64,000 nt of DNA from Hormiphora californensis (Eukaryota; Animalia; Ctenophora). The stretch lies in the NCBI GenBank assembly GCA_020137815.1, contig CM035352.1, positions 1,302,001-1,366,000 on the forward strand, given 5' to 3'. Each line of letters starts with the position of its first letter. The first letter of the stretch is position 1. The position numbers and the translations under genes are program-made. This document shows positions 1 to 15,000 of this stretch, piece by piece. The notes under the pieces are model-generated. The model made no database searches. It saw only the letters and a program-made list of their open reading frames with translations, and had not been told where the DNA came from.

Positions 1-3
1 CAG

Positions 4-3000
4 GTATCTCCATTCCACCACCCCAGCTTCAAAACGTCGTTAAGATGGATAGTTGTCTCTCTCGTCTCTCCCTTACCATATCTGATACAGAGTCCGAGTA
101 TTTCGATGCAGGTACAATTTACTAATCCACTTTGTGAAAATATGTGACCAGTTCTATAAAGATGATATGATAGTAGTTTAGCAACTACTCAAACTCATGA
201 TTAATTCCCAATTTCAGATTTTGAACCAGATTTTGAGCAAAGAAATGTGAGTATTAATCCGCCACCGCCTGTTCGTACACGCCGTAGCTGGCGATCTTGG
301 TGTTTTCTGATATGAACTGTGTGTAATAATGGTAACCATGGTAACCATGGTAACCACGTGGCTTGTTACCATTGTTGCCATGTGATGAGTTCTTGTATAA
401 AAAGTTTATGTGTGATGTCTAGTAATCGTGATATACGTGAAATCCTTTTAGCACCCTTTATGTTCAGATGTGTTTAATATTGTTACTAATTATTTCATTA
501 ATCCAATGATTACTAAATTAAACCAATATGTTTATCAATGTTTACCCGCTGAAATGTGATCTACTTTTGCTTCCTTCCTTAGACAGCTGCCATATAATGT
601 AGAGCTGTCCAAGTGGGGTCACTGTTTGTTGAATAAGGGGTGGACTTTACCAGTCACTTTCGGGTAGGAATATAACTGAATGTGCCTGATATGGACTAAT
701 GAAAATATCGATTTCAGTGTTTCTTTGAGGGTCACCAGAAGTTAATGGCTACAAACAGTGCAGACAGTAGCAAATCAGATGATTCCTATCCAGGAGGTAA
801 TAAGAATAACGTGATGCCCTTAAATGGTGTTATGTGTCACGTGATGCCCTTATATGGTGTTATGTGTCACGTGATGCCAGGGACAATTGTAGCATACGAC
901 GCTGTTTAGCTGTTCCAAGTTCAATTCCAATTTTATACAGATCTATAGATTATTTTGAGGGCTGGTAAATTAACCCACTATCAACTAATACCCCGCCCCT
1001 CAGTTGGTAAGATAGAGCCGAGTCAGAAGTTGCTCTTTATTGTGTTTCACGGTGGGACCCTCCTTGATGTTGGTACTGATACCACCAAGATGGCTGACTG
1101 CCAGCTACTTCAACAAAGTCTCAGTAACGTGGTCAATACCATCTGTCCTACATACAAGAACAGGTATGTTTAATCACTTCGTCCTGCAGAGTTTATGTGT
1201 GCAACCTTTTTAACTAGTCAGAGTCTGAGGAAGTGACTGAAAATCAGTCAAACAAATTTTAAATAACAACACATAAAGATAGAAATTTTTTAACAACAAA
1301 AAAAGGATCAGCAACAACAATTTGTTCAATAACAACAAACAGCAACAGCCCAGCTGTTAATATAATACACACACTTTTCCACACTTCTCTCAGCTCCCTT
1401 CCATTCTGGTAGAATTCGAATCAGAGTTCAGAGACTTCTGTAGTCGGGAATGACCGGCGACCCCTAAGTACCACACAGTTAAGCAGCAACGTTTCGAATA
1501 TATATTGTCTCTCAGCCTGTACAGCTCAACTCTGATATCAAGTTGGTATCGAAGACACCTCACACTCTGTTCAGGTCGCCGGGCGACCTTCGCGCGCGCA
1601 AGGGGTAACTTCGTAACCAAGATATCAAGCTTCCCCATTTTGCGGCTCACTAATCCGTAAGGATGCTTCGAAGTTTGATTTAGGGTTGAGCGGTTTGATC
1701 ATCCGAATGACATGGAACGTCACCACATACACAATAGGGTCCACCAAACAGTTGACATAAGTTAAACACTCCATAGCGTATACAAGCTGGGGTCGGGCCT
1801 CAGGGAATGCGACCCTGGTAACCAGGTTAGGTAGCCAGGTTGCCATGGTGAAAACACTCACTGCAATGGTCCTGATAGTGGCCTTGGTGCATAGATCATG
1901 CTCCTGACAGATCCCTCTAGTGTAGAGGCGGCGTATCATGAGGGAGTAGGCGATGATGGAGAGGAAGAAAGAACATCCCATTGTAACAACCTGCAATGGT
2001 ATCAGGTCACGTTCAAGAAACAGATTTTGGAAATAAACATGGAGGGCTAGGAGAGTGCTTCATTTACTACTTTAGTACTGCCCTCTAACATCACGATTTG
2101 AAATGTGTCCTACAGCTACCCCTCTCTCTATCCCTACGTAAAATGTACCTTGCATATGATGTGGTGTGTCATGGAATTGCTCCAAAGTTGCTGAGACAAC
2201 ACACAGACACGTGATCTGTTTCCCTCAGACAAGTTATCTCCAATCTCCGTTCCCTCAAGGGGTATCACAATCAGGGTGACAGTAGGTATCAGAACTGCCA
2301 CAAAGTTTCCTATACCTGCCCATATCAGGTGGAGTTGCTGCTTGTACCTGGGGAGAGAGAACTTTTAGAAAATATCAAGCAGACACTTTCTAATTTGGAA
2401 GAGCCACACCGGGAGTTAACACTTTTACAAAAGAAGGGAACTGTTGTCTCACAAAAGACTGCACTCTCGGAACCAGGCAACTGCAGTACCCCCCCCCCCC
2501 CCCCCCCCCCCCCCGTAGTACTCACTGATGCGGGTAGAATACGCCAATAATCCTATCGACAATCAGAGGAAGAACGCTCAGAAGATTATAACTACTGAGC
2601 CAAAGGAATGCTGTTGACATCCCATCACATAGCTGATCAGAGTCAATTGTCATAGCTGAAAAGGAAAGTAGATGAAGATTAGGGACTTTTAGCAAGGTTT
2701 AGAGAAGGACTGCATGGACTTTTTAACTTGGACAATGAAAACCCTCAATGGGGGTCCCCCATGTCCCTCAACGTATTAGATCGCACTCAATATATCTCAC
2801 TTACAGATGGGTCGAAGAACAAGCCCATGAATGCTTAGTAGAAAACAGGAGAGAACCAGCGTACTGTAGGATCGGTAGTGAACCTCTAGGGTATCGAGGT
2901 TTCGTACCTGAGCCAGCCTTTTCAACAAAATTCCTGTTGAGGTGTAGAATTGTTACCCGTAGCGCAAGGAACCAAGTAATCTACCAGAATCAGGAAATTC

Positions 3001-6000
3001 AACAGCACTGCACGGGAAGTTCTAACATAACTTCAACAAATTTCTTGTTTTGTACAAACAGTCTAACTTAGCAACAAATTTCAAAAATTGTTTTACCTCC
3101 ATTTGCACAGAATGCGGGGACCATTATTATCATCAGACAGATCGTATAGACATCCATAGCTAATTAATAATTATAATTCTAAAATGGAATTGTTTAGAAA
3201 ATATTGAAATCAAATAAACATTGTGCGTTATATGTACTATTATATTAAATTGATTTATTTCACTAGTACTAAATCATATTTCTCCGGTACAGGGTAGAGA
3301 TAAAGCTAGTGGCATGCCCCCAGGTGTGTGCGGATGTGGTATCAACCCTTGTGGGTGTCCTCCCCTCAGTAGGTTCCACAGGTAAACAAAACGGAGAAAA
3401 GTTAATGTTAAATTATGTTAATGTTAAGTTAATGTTAATGTTAAATTATGCGAGAAGTTTATTCCGGATTTAATTTTGGGAGGAGAAAACTAAACTCGTG
3501 ACAGGTATTTAGAGACATTTCCCTTGAAGCGTCACCGTCACTCAACAGAGGAGGGAGATAAAATATTGCAGCAATTAAAAGCAAATTCTTTATCAATATT
3601 AAAAATAATTTTCTTTGAATTTGAGCGATATATTTTCGTCACTTAGCAAGTTAGGTAAAAAGATATTGATCGTACGATGTTAGATGCATAGAAGAATGAA
3701 GATATTACTCTAGAAATTAGTTCTTTTTACTTTTAGCATTAAAAAGAGCAAGATGCAGCATACCTCGCGAAAAGAGTTTAACGGCGTAATGAAGCTATTT
3801 AAATTGAGACAAGCTGGGCAACTCATCAACTCTATATAAGTTTGTTCTACAACGAAATAATACAGCTGTATTTAGGACGCAACACATGTTTCATATATAG
3901 TTTGTTCTATAAAATTAAATTATAGAAGATTTACGAAGACTTAGAGTTTTAGAATCAGCGTTGGGTTCCCAGAAACTAGTATGTAATCTAAGTTCTAACT
4001 ATACAACTACAGTCGGACCCCGATTTAGTGGCCCCCGATTTAGTGGCACCCCGATTTAGTGGCAGGATTTTTTTCCCCCAAAAATTTTTTTGATTTTTTT
4101 TTGAAATTTTTTTGAAAATTTCTTGAAAATTTTTCAAAGGAATACCAGCCACGTCCGAATCGTGTTTCGAATCAGTGAATCTTATCTCATGTCCTGCTGC
4201 TAATTAGACGGTTCGGAACGAACCGATACGTGATCCCCATGGGGCCATTGAATCATAAGTTCACCAAGCGTCAAAATTTCGATTCGATGGAGATCACGTT
4301 TCGATTCGTTCCGAACCGTCTAATTAGCAGCAGGACATGCGATAAGATGCACCGATTCGAAACACGATTCGGACGTGGCTGGTATACCTTAAAAATTTTA
4401 CAACTTTTTTTTTGCAAAATTTTACAGTACGATTGTCAATGCTTTGATCGGTGCTCCCCATAAATTTTTAGAGAAAAAGTTATTTTGAAATTTTGATACT
4501 TCCTCACCCGCTTAGGGTGCCCCGATTTGGCATGGTATCACGTATCAGTTCGTTTCTAACCCGCTAATTAGACAGGACATCCAGGAAGCTGCACCGATTC
4601 GATACACAAATCGGACGGGCTGGTATAACTTAGAAAATTTTTCACAATTTTTTTGAAAAATTTATTTGATAGTTTTCTATTACTAATCAGAAATGATCAT
4701 GTAATCAATACATGAATATTGCATATAACAGTTAGAGGTGTCTTTAGTCTTAGTATAGCATTTTGGGCATAAAATAGGTTTTTAGGGGCCAAATATGGCT
4801 CGCCCCGATTTAGTGGCACCCCGATTTAGTGGCAGGATTTCTTTTCCCCGAGGATGCCACTAAATCGGGGTCCGACTGTATAGCTAACTAATCGTACCCT
4901 CTTGATCGCTTTTAATAACGAACATCAAGAGAAACAGGGACAGTTGACTGAACAACTGTCTGCAATGATGTCAACATGTTCTGTCCCTGTTTCTCTCATG
5001 ATGGCTAAAAGGTTGAAATCGCTATTTAACTGATATTATCAGTTATCAGATAGTATCAGTTACATCATTTCAACCTTTTATCCTCCAATAACCCCACCCT
5101 ACCATTTCTAGTTCAAGTTCTAATAGCCATGATTAAACTGAAATGCAATGAGAAATCTAGCAGCCACAGATTTTATCAGTCAGTCCAAAAAGCATCGCAT
5201 ATTTATAATCTTTATGAAGTAAGGGCCAATTTGTTCAACTCTATGCAAGCTCTAGACCACTTATAAATCTCACATATAATCTCCCCAAAACATTTCAGAT
5301 CGTTGGTCAGCCCAGGATCCGGTAGACGCTGGTTATGGTCTGAACAGTGAACTGAATATTCCCTTTGAGGTGATCCCAATGCTAACAGCCCAGTCCTCCA
5401 AATACGAAGAGTCCCTCCGTGCGGTGTGCAGGGAGGCGAACACGGTGTTTGCTGGTTACAGGGAGGAGGATCCTACGTTTACACATAACCAGGTATCGAG
5501 ATATTATCAACCAGGATTCAGGAACCGACCGAAACAAGTAAAAAACCAATCAGAACTCGTTATTTAGGTCACGTGACTGGTTATCAGCCAATCAGGGACC
5601 AGTATTTCCTGATTCGGTCGGTTCCTGTTATCAACCCATGCAGTTATCAACTCCCCTAGTGTTATCACTATCAATTACAGACGGGCCACGATTTACCAGG
5701 CAAAACCCTTTCTGAGAATCTGGGTCCAACTGTACTAATTGCTGGTTGCTCACATGGCTTTCTAACTCATGTACCATTTTGCCAGGTTACAGTTATTGCA
5801 GATAGTGTTGGTGGGCTACTGGCATACGATATACTAACCCACGATGAAGAAGTACCTGAAATGACGTAAGTTTTAATTGGTCAATTATACCAAGTCACCC
5901 CAAGCTAACACTCTATACGGTAATGGGAATGATTTAAACAAACTGGCACCCCTGTCGACGCCGTGCGGCTCTCGCCGCTCGGTGTCGCCAGTGGTTGACC

Positions 6001-9000
6001 ACGGTCTTCCTGGAGCGTCTGAAGTAACATGCTCTGCATAAACTGATTGGTGGGTGGCCTTGCTACGGCGGAGTGGTGGACGTGCTGGGGCACCTAATAA
6101 GCGTGCTCGGTGCGGCCGCCGCTACTTTCGGGCAGGTCACTCGCCAGACGCAGCAAGTACAAACAAACAAACAAACTGGCACCTAATTTAGTATTTCCTG
6201 CTGCAAACTCCCCCTAATTACAGAAGGGCCGGGTCGCCTACAGCAACTACAGGTTCGCTTGGTGCGGGCACGACTGGTAAAGAAAAATACCGGTAGGCTA
6301 CTTCCACTGAGTGACCTGCACTGCGATCCTCTGATTTCTATTTAGAATTTAGTATCTTACTGATCCTTCTTTTGGTAGTTAAAATCATGTCTATGGTTGT
6401 TCTACTACCCAAATATGTGCACCGAATTAAAAATAATCCAAGTGATATGTGTGATTAGGGTTGCTAGACAAACCGATACTAAACTGAGCAACCCATATAC
6501 CGTTACCCTTGTTTGATTTCTCTTGATTTGTAAAGTCACTAATATGTAGAATTCAAAAAGCAGCAAACCTGAAAAGTGAGAGCTAGAAAATAGAAATAGC
6601 TATAGAGCATGTATACAGTGTATAGTGTATACTATACACTGTATAGATCAGAAGTCAGAACAAAACCATTTGCACGCTCTCCATGAGTTTACGACCGCAT
6701 AGAAGAGATTTGAGAGATAGGTTTAGACACGATTCAGACGGTTCAAATGTCCACACAATGTCCACACATTGGCCAGTCATTACAATAAAAATGCAGGAAT
6801 AATATTAATGGAAATGTGATTGAGAAATTAATTATGTACAAGATTGAATTGTGTTGGGTACGTTACAACTAAGTTTCTAATCTTAATTCCCTTTTCAACA
6901 GGTTGAATTTTGCCGTGGATAAATTCTTCTCGTTTGGCTCTCCTATTGGAAATCTGGCACTTTACAAGGCATTGAGTGGGAAACCAGGTGATTATATCAA
7001 ACTCATCTCTATAGCTGCCAATATACAAGCAACAATGGTTCACAATTGTTCAAAACAGAGTTCCTATAGTTTTATCAGAATCACATATCAGAATCACATC
7101 AGAATCCTATCAGAATCATATCAGAATCATACAACACACTGAATCACATATATCAGAATCATACAACACACTGAATCATGAACACACACTCTAGAGAGAA
7201 CAACAACAACAGTGCCCAACTTGCTAATGTTATACAGAATGATATTAGCACTGAGGAGAGTTGATCTTTTAAACCCCCCCCCCCCCCTGCTAAACCCTCA
7301 CATTGTGATCCACACAAACTGAGGGTTCATCATATACAGCTCATCCCCGTTTTGTAGCGAGCTATCTGATTACATCATTCGTACACAATTGTCGAGAGGG
7401 TTTAAACATGAAAAACTAACACTACCCTTTCAGTTCACCCGAAGAAGATTCACACCCAATTCTATAACTTATTTTATGCATCATCGCCCGGGGCCATCCG
7501 AATTGAACCAATCCTGGATGCGCATCTGTCTGCCTTCCCCCCTGTCTGCATCCCTCGATTTAACAAGTAAGAGAAATCTACACAGTATTATAGGCTCCAT
7601 TTGTTGTAGGACGGAGATGAAATGTAACGACAAGTGGATAGTGTACACGAAAACTTTCGTCAGCAATCAAATCCTTCGATTATTTTAGACTAAACAATAT
7701 GTATGTAAACAATTATACCAAAACTAATTGAAATTAGTAGGCCGGAAAGGTTGCCCTATGATTTGAGCTACCTTTGCTACCGTAACATTCACGGGGTACA
7801 GACAGGGTATAACCGATGCTTCTTCTGTCTTCAAAAGGGAATGTACTGGTGCCAAAGGTAGCTCAAATCATAGGGCAACCTTTCCGGCCTACTAATTTCA
7901 ATTAGTTTTGGTATAATTTGCATCATTTTTGGGATTTTTTATCCATTTCGATGTTGTAGAACAGGTAAGGAGATGATGGAATCGCAAATTTGCAAAATTT
8001 TCATTTTTGACGTCATTTTGACGTCATAAAATGACGTCACGTCGTTATGATGTCATAATGATGACGTCATATCATCGGGATTACCTAGATGAAGATACTG
8101 ACCAAGTTTGAGATCAATTGGATGAGATTTGAGTCGGCTATGGCGAAAAACCCCATATCGTCATATCTATTTTTAAACAGTCATAACACTTTAGACGCGT
8201 TTTAAGACCCTTATACGTCTAGTTTTGAAAATTCGCGATATAGTTTCTGAAAGTTCAGACAATTCTCTTTCCATGATATAGTCTTTGATTTTCGATTAGA
8301 ATCCGTCTTCAGGGTGTAAATTGAGCTCAAAGAATTTTGGTCAGAGTCTGAAAAATGACGACTTTAAGACGTTCTGTAGGACGTTCCTGGGGATGATGGA
8401 AACCCTCACCCCGCTAATAACACAATAATTGAGTAGATCTACAAGCTAGTGAAAACGAGAAGTCTCTATCTCTTTCCGTTCGTTCAGAACCGTGTTCAAA
8501 AAAAGCGTCTCTCCTATGCGCGCGCGCGCGTGTCCGTTACACTGAATCTATAGCAAATGGGACCAGTCTGTAACTTCGGACCCAGATGAGATAGAGACTT
8601 CAAATTTTTAACATGAGTCAAAGACCCCAAGCCGGGTATTCATTCCAAATTTCAAGTCAAACCGATGAAAGAGAGCCACGCTAAAGCCTTTTGAAATCCG
8701 GCTTTTTCAGCCAAATACCCATAAAACGTATAACTGCGTTTCTGGCAGCGCTTTTGGGGGGGGGGGAATGGCAACCTTTGCGCTTGCCAGCGCAGTGATT
8801 TTGACTCTGACGCACAAAGCCTCAACGGCATGACAAGAACAAACACATACAACAAAATAGATGCCCGGAAATGTATACCCTGTAGCTATTGATATGCCGA
8901 ACCCTCATCTAGTGCAAATACACTGGATGTGTCTAAACTCTATACTATAACTACCCCCCCCCCCCATTTATTCAGAGTGCCGTTTGGAGCAGGTTCCAAG

Positions 9001-12000
9001 TATCTACTGAACTCTCTCCTAGAGGAACACAGGGACTATATGAACTCCCCAGTCCACGCCATCCACCCCACTGAAGTGGCCAGTACTGCGGGACAAGCCC
9101 GACCCATCAGCACGTCTAGTTTAGGTATGTCTAGTTAAGTTGTGAGACAATAAATATACTTGAACTAAATATACATTTTGGAAGGCGGTTTATAAAAATT
9201 CAACATGAATCAAGAGTGCAAATAAAGAATTAGTGAATAATTTACAAGTAATTATATCATTATGAGAATGAGAATGAGAATGAGAATGAGAATGAGAATG
9301 AGAATGAGAATGAGAATGAGAATGAGAATGAGAATGAGAATGAGAATGAAAATGAGAATGAGAATGATAATGGGAATGAGAATGAGAATGAGAATGAGAA
9401 TGAGAATGAGAATGAGAATGAAAATGAAAATGAGAATGAGAATGAGAATGAGAATGAGAATGAGAATGGGAATGAGAATGAGAATGAGAATGAGAATGAG
9501 AATGAGAATGAGAATGAGAATGAGGAGTCTGGAGGAGTCTGGAGGAAAGAATTAGCAGATCTCTCCAATTCTATTCTGACATCCTAATTCTTAACATTAT
9601 TATTAGTATTATTATTAGTATCGCCCTTATACACAGCAATGGCTAATCTCTCTCTATAATTATCTCCATCTCTCTCTCTCTCTCCCTCAAGCGATATATG
9701 CAGTACTAGTTGGGTGGGCAACAGATGTCAAATACAAATATGGGGGGGGGGGCATCCACCAGAATATTGATTCTCTCGCCCCCACGATCGAGCACTCGTG
9801 GTAATTGGTGCCCTCCCTTGCTGTGAGTAACAGGTGTAAAATAGAAATGACCTGATGGAAAGGGTTGTCAAAACAAAGATATATAGCATATTGTTCATTG
9901 GAAGCTGCAGATCTGTAGGGCGATGCAGGTGTTAAGTAATGGAGGGATAGGAGCTGCAGACGATAGAGCGAGCGAGAAACTGTTACAAAATTTCAATGGT
10001 GTGAATAACTGTAGCAAGTGTCGTTTCGTAGACAGTGATAAGTTCTAAAATGCAAGTTTCGAAATTCGAGAGTGGAGATTCTAAAATGGCAAAGATTTAG
10101 AAGCTCTGATACTAAAAATCCCCACTATCCTAGGTATGAGTGGTATATCAGAATGGTGGGGAAACAAGCGACTGGACTATGCTCTATTCTACCCTGAAGC
10201 ACTCCGATCCTTCCCCTCCGTGGTCCTACCATCTCTACTACACAGCAGCTACTGGGAGAACTATGACGTGGCTGCTTTCGTAGTTCAACAGGTATTTTAT
10301 TATTATCATTAGATAGTTAGACATGCTCTAACTGAACTCATCTCCCTCAAACAACTCTTTTCTCCCCCTATGAGACTCACAATGTTCCGGCAAAGCCAGT
10401 ATTAGAGAGATGGTTCCCCGCCATCTCCCGTGCAACCTACTCTGATCCCCTACAACAGAACTCTCTTCTCCTCTCTCAGCTCTCGGATCGTCTCCCCTCA
10501 CCCAGATCACGTGATGCACGCTCAGCCATCTCGATATAAATTATATCGAGATTATAATATCGACGATATTCCTACTCTTCTAAAAGATTGGCCCAAATTA
10601 TCTTCGCCTAAAATCTCTCCATAACTATTGTAACAAATAAATTTAAATATCGATTCTCCCCCCAAAGAATCAGTAAAATGTGTATCCTTAAATATTTGTA
10701 TTTTGTATCCTTCTAACCTACTCTTTATAACCATCAAACGTCCAAACGATCATCAAATACCTATCATGCCTTAGCTAACTCTCAGTCACCCATAAAGGGC
10801 GGTTTCAAACCCCTGTGACCTGGTATAGCACCAGCTCCCCAAGTCCCCTTGGGCCAAAGCAGCTTGGCAACATACCAGCCACATCACCCAGGACGGGGAA
10901 CGGGAGCCTGAATGTCGTTCGAAATATAAGGACTGAGAAACTAAAACAATGATGGCAGCTATTAGAATGAAGAATGAGACGGATCACGTTATAAAATGGG
11001 GTGGCGCGTCAGGTGTTGCATCTTGTCAGTCTATTTAGTCTCAAGAGAGACAGAGAGAGAATCTCTGAGAGCTAGAGAGGGGGAAAGAGAGAATCTCTGA
11101 GAGCTAGAGAGGGAGAAAAAGAGCTTTAGCCACTCATCAGTCTACACCACGTACTATGTAGTAGTCTAGTAGTAGTGAGCCCTATTATATATTACACAGA
11201 CACTTATTATAACACTCTTTATGACACTCATTAAGACCCTATTTTATCATTTCGCACCGTAACAGTGCTGCTTGCAGTCAAAATACGGTAACGCAAAATA
11301 CAGTAAGGAGACGCGCACGGTGCATAACGCGCGGCAAAAAGTTCATGTGTCAGCACGTACTAGCGCCCTGATTGGTCACGGTTGCGCGTCGTCTTACTGT
11401 ATCTTCGTTTTCCATTACCGTTTTCCCACTACAAGCGACCGTGTAAGATATGTATCACCTCAATTAGTCACTCTTTTCAGATTCTTGATGAGCAAATATC
11501 AAGCCAAACCAAACTCTTTCCAGGTCCTAGGATTGGATGAACTGATGCCACCCATAACCCCCTCCCACATAACACCACGATCTACGGAATCCGATCTTGG
11601 TAGTTGTTCGAATATCAACACAGAAAAGTGGCTGCGGAGACGCACTAAACTGAAAGTTAACAACCTTAATCCTAATCATAGGTAAGAAATGGAGAGATCT
11701 AATTCCCACCAATTACCGAACTCGTTTTATTGCTCTGTTTTTACATGTACTTCGCTAATTTATGCTGCATTTTGAACGGACAATTTTTCAATTTAAACTA
11801 ATTACACCCTCTTAGGTGTTTCGATGGTATATTTATGGAGGGTATGGATCAGGAGATTTTCGCCAAGTTCTTCTATGGACCCCTAGATGCCCTGAGCCTA
11901 GTTGGGGAGAGGGTGGATATTAGTATCAGAGAGACTCACCCGGGGAGCGAGTGGAGATACCTTGGAACCCAGGTACACACTATACCTACCACTATAAATA

Positions 12001-15000
12001 GGGTACACTGGGTAGTATTTATAGTATACACTATACACACTATCTTGTACACTATAATAGCTTCACTGCTTTCGAGCCCGAACACAACACAATGCAACTA
12101 CCACAATCATTTCTATAACTGCAGCTACTTCCTTCTTCTGCTTTTTGTGTGTTTGAAATTATAGCATCTTGATATTCCAAGCTATATAGTGTGCAGCTGA
12201 TGCATCTCAAAAGGAAGCTGTTACTATCTAGTGTCTCAGAAGGGGGAGGTTACTATCTAGAGTCTAACAGGTTACTAATCATCACCCCCACCCTGCAGGT
12301 GACACAGCCCGGTGGCCGGGTACATTTCCGGGTACCAGAGCGCCTCAGTACAGGCATGTACCCTGTTCGCTGTGTGGTTCGTGGAGATATGAGTGCAGCA
12401 GAGGGGTTCCTGGCTGTAGTCCCCCCTGAGACAGAGTGTGTGGTGTTCTCTATTGACGGGAGTTTTACACTTAATAAGACGCTCATGGGACGAGATGCTA
12501 AAATACGACCTGGCGCTGTTGAGGTGGGTGTTCTGTCTGACTGTAATCCAGTCAACTTGTTATGTCTGACTGTAATCCAGTCAGACCAATGCTCTGACAG
12601 CGGGCCATTGCTCTGTCAGGAGTAATCCGACTTGAATTTAGAAAACAATATTTTCAATAACGCCTTCCTCCCCCATTATAGGTGGTTCGGTTATGGCAAG
12701 AGCTAGGGTTCGTTATAATATACATCACGGCCCGGCCCGACCTTCAAAAGGAAAGTGTATTGGAGTGGTTGGGTATGCACAATTTCCCACACGGCATTGT
12801 AACGTTTAGTGATGGTATATCTCCTACGGACCCCCTCAAAGATAAAACGGAGTATCTTATTCGGTTAAAAAGTGAGGTATGTGTACTATACTATCACTAA
12901 ATTGTGTAGCAGATACATATCCTGGTCCATTCTCGAATATTGGATCACGAAGTTGTGTAAATACTTACTAGATGTTAATCCTGTTGACCTCATTTACTTT
13001 CCCAGTCGATCGGCTTTCACACCCCGGGTACATGGCAATCATCATTTACTAACCAACAAAACTCTCTTGCAGTGCAAGATTAACGTGTATGCGGCGTATG
13101 GCAGTGCTAAAGATATAAACGTGTACCAGTCGGCGGGCATACAACTGAGCAACATGTACATTGTAAAGCCTAAAAACCCGAAACGAAAACACCAGGTAAT
13201 ATTACAAAGCGTGGGAAATTGTTGAACTGAGAGAGATAATTAAAATGCGACAACAATTAGGAACATGAACAACAGCTCTAAAGACAAAACATATTTAGCT
13301 CTATTTCCGGAACCATGTTTTCTCTCTATCCTCTCTCTCTCTTCTTTCTATCTCTCTCATATTTCTCGACCACACCGAAAACAGTGGGGGATATCGCGTC
13401 CTCACCGGCTCTCCTCGCTTCCTTGGCAAATATTGCCTTTGTGTCTCATTTAGGTGTTAATTTAACTTCCAATTCCGGTATCTATTTGTCAGAAATTAAA
13501 TTAATATCGCACTAATTATATCCGACTTCGGGCATTCCTATGGTTTTCGAACTAAAACAGTACACTACATTACTATTATAGTAACACATGGAACATCTCC
13601 AAACCTCGATATGGCATACGAAGCATGTATTACACGACGTGCAATACACAGGTCTTTGTTATAAAGAGGCAATTACACATAGAGGCCTCTACTGCAATTA
13701 GATCTAGAGGGCGTGCTGCAAATATAAATCCACCAAAGTTGTGATATGACTTGGTGTTCCTTTATATATATTAGATAATTGTAGCATGGCCACTGGCATC
13801 TTTTTATCTCTCTCTATCTGATCTCTCTCTCTCTCTCTCTCTTGCTCACTAGTGATTGGCAGGGGGTGATGTTGTATTATGTTAAGATCCAGGGGCGCTT
13901 GTTTTTATGTAAAAGATGGGTAATTGCAAGCCCTCATAAATTTAGATAGAGTCTAGGAATCGCGATAGTGACATGCCCTATGTCATCTTTTACATAAAAA
14001 CATGTTCTAGCGCCCCTGGCAGCTGGCTCTTACAACACGACCACCGCCCCATGAATTAAACACAGTGAGAGCAACTTGTTTCCAGGGTGCACGTGTTATT
14101 ATTCAGCGGGGCCCCCAATATTCAAGGAAGATCACGTGTAAATTCCCAACATGCCATTTTTCATGTCGATATATTCGTATCTTATGGTACTGTATAGTAG
14201 ATAGCAGGAACCGACCGAATCAGGAAATACTGGTCCCCGATTGGCTGATAACCTGTCACGTGACCTAAATCTAATAAAGCTAATCCCGTGTGTCGTCGTT
14301 GATCCCTTACTCAACAAGTGTGTCGTGTTTTATTTCCATCCCAAAAATGATTTATTATGTTTTGGGCTTTCCACTGTGTACTAATTTGCTAATGCATGAT
14401 GCATTTCGTTATCCAGCCACACGAAGCAGCATTCTTGATAGATCAAGAGAATTTCACCAGCCACCTTGCAATACTGCGCCGTCGAATGAAGCGTCGGTCT
14501 AGTGCCGCAGCCAAGCTATTCGTTCCACATCTCTCGTTTCTTGAGTACCGTGAGTCTACCCACTGCGGCATATGAAGCATTATGATTTCATGTAATTGTA
14601 CATACTACCACGGCCTCTCGGGGGCTAGCTCCAAACCGGGGTCTTATGGAAGTTTGGGTTACAATATCACACCCCCGAATGATATCCCTCTTTATATGTG
14701 TATCATTTTTGTTGGGTTATGTTGTACGATGATGTATTTTATTGTAAAGTAAGTGTTTTAGGGGGAGTAAATAACCGTTATTAACATTCAAACAGATTCT
14801 ATCGCCCGCTGAAAATGGCATTTTTTTCCCTTCATTTAAAATCACGAGGCATTCTTTACAGATCCCTCTTTCCGGATTAAAGATAACTCCCCCTCTTTTT
14901 CTTGTACAATTTCCCATGTCCTTCTGAGTCACTGCCTGTGATTCACGAGAAGATCACTTCCAACTATGACACCCCATCTCCACAGGTGAACTGGATCCAT

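Noticed and set aside
1625-1990. GPCR as an opsin
   Set aside because: No Schiff-base lysine in TM7 ([14 protein letters not shown]).
2329-2550. Plus-strand ORF ([14 protein letters not shown]..) as a PITPNM exon
   Set aside because: Wrong splice phase; 3293-3381 fits both phase and homology; the region is GPCR intron/exon on the other strand.
9260-9568. MRMR/FSFS ORFs, and likewise the SLSL/ISIS/ERER ORFs elsewhere
   Set aside because: Microsatellite translation artefacts.
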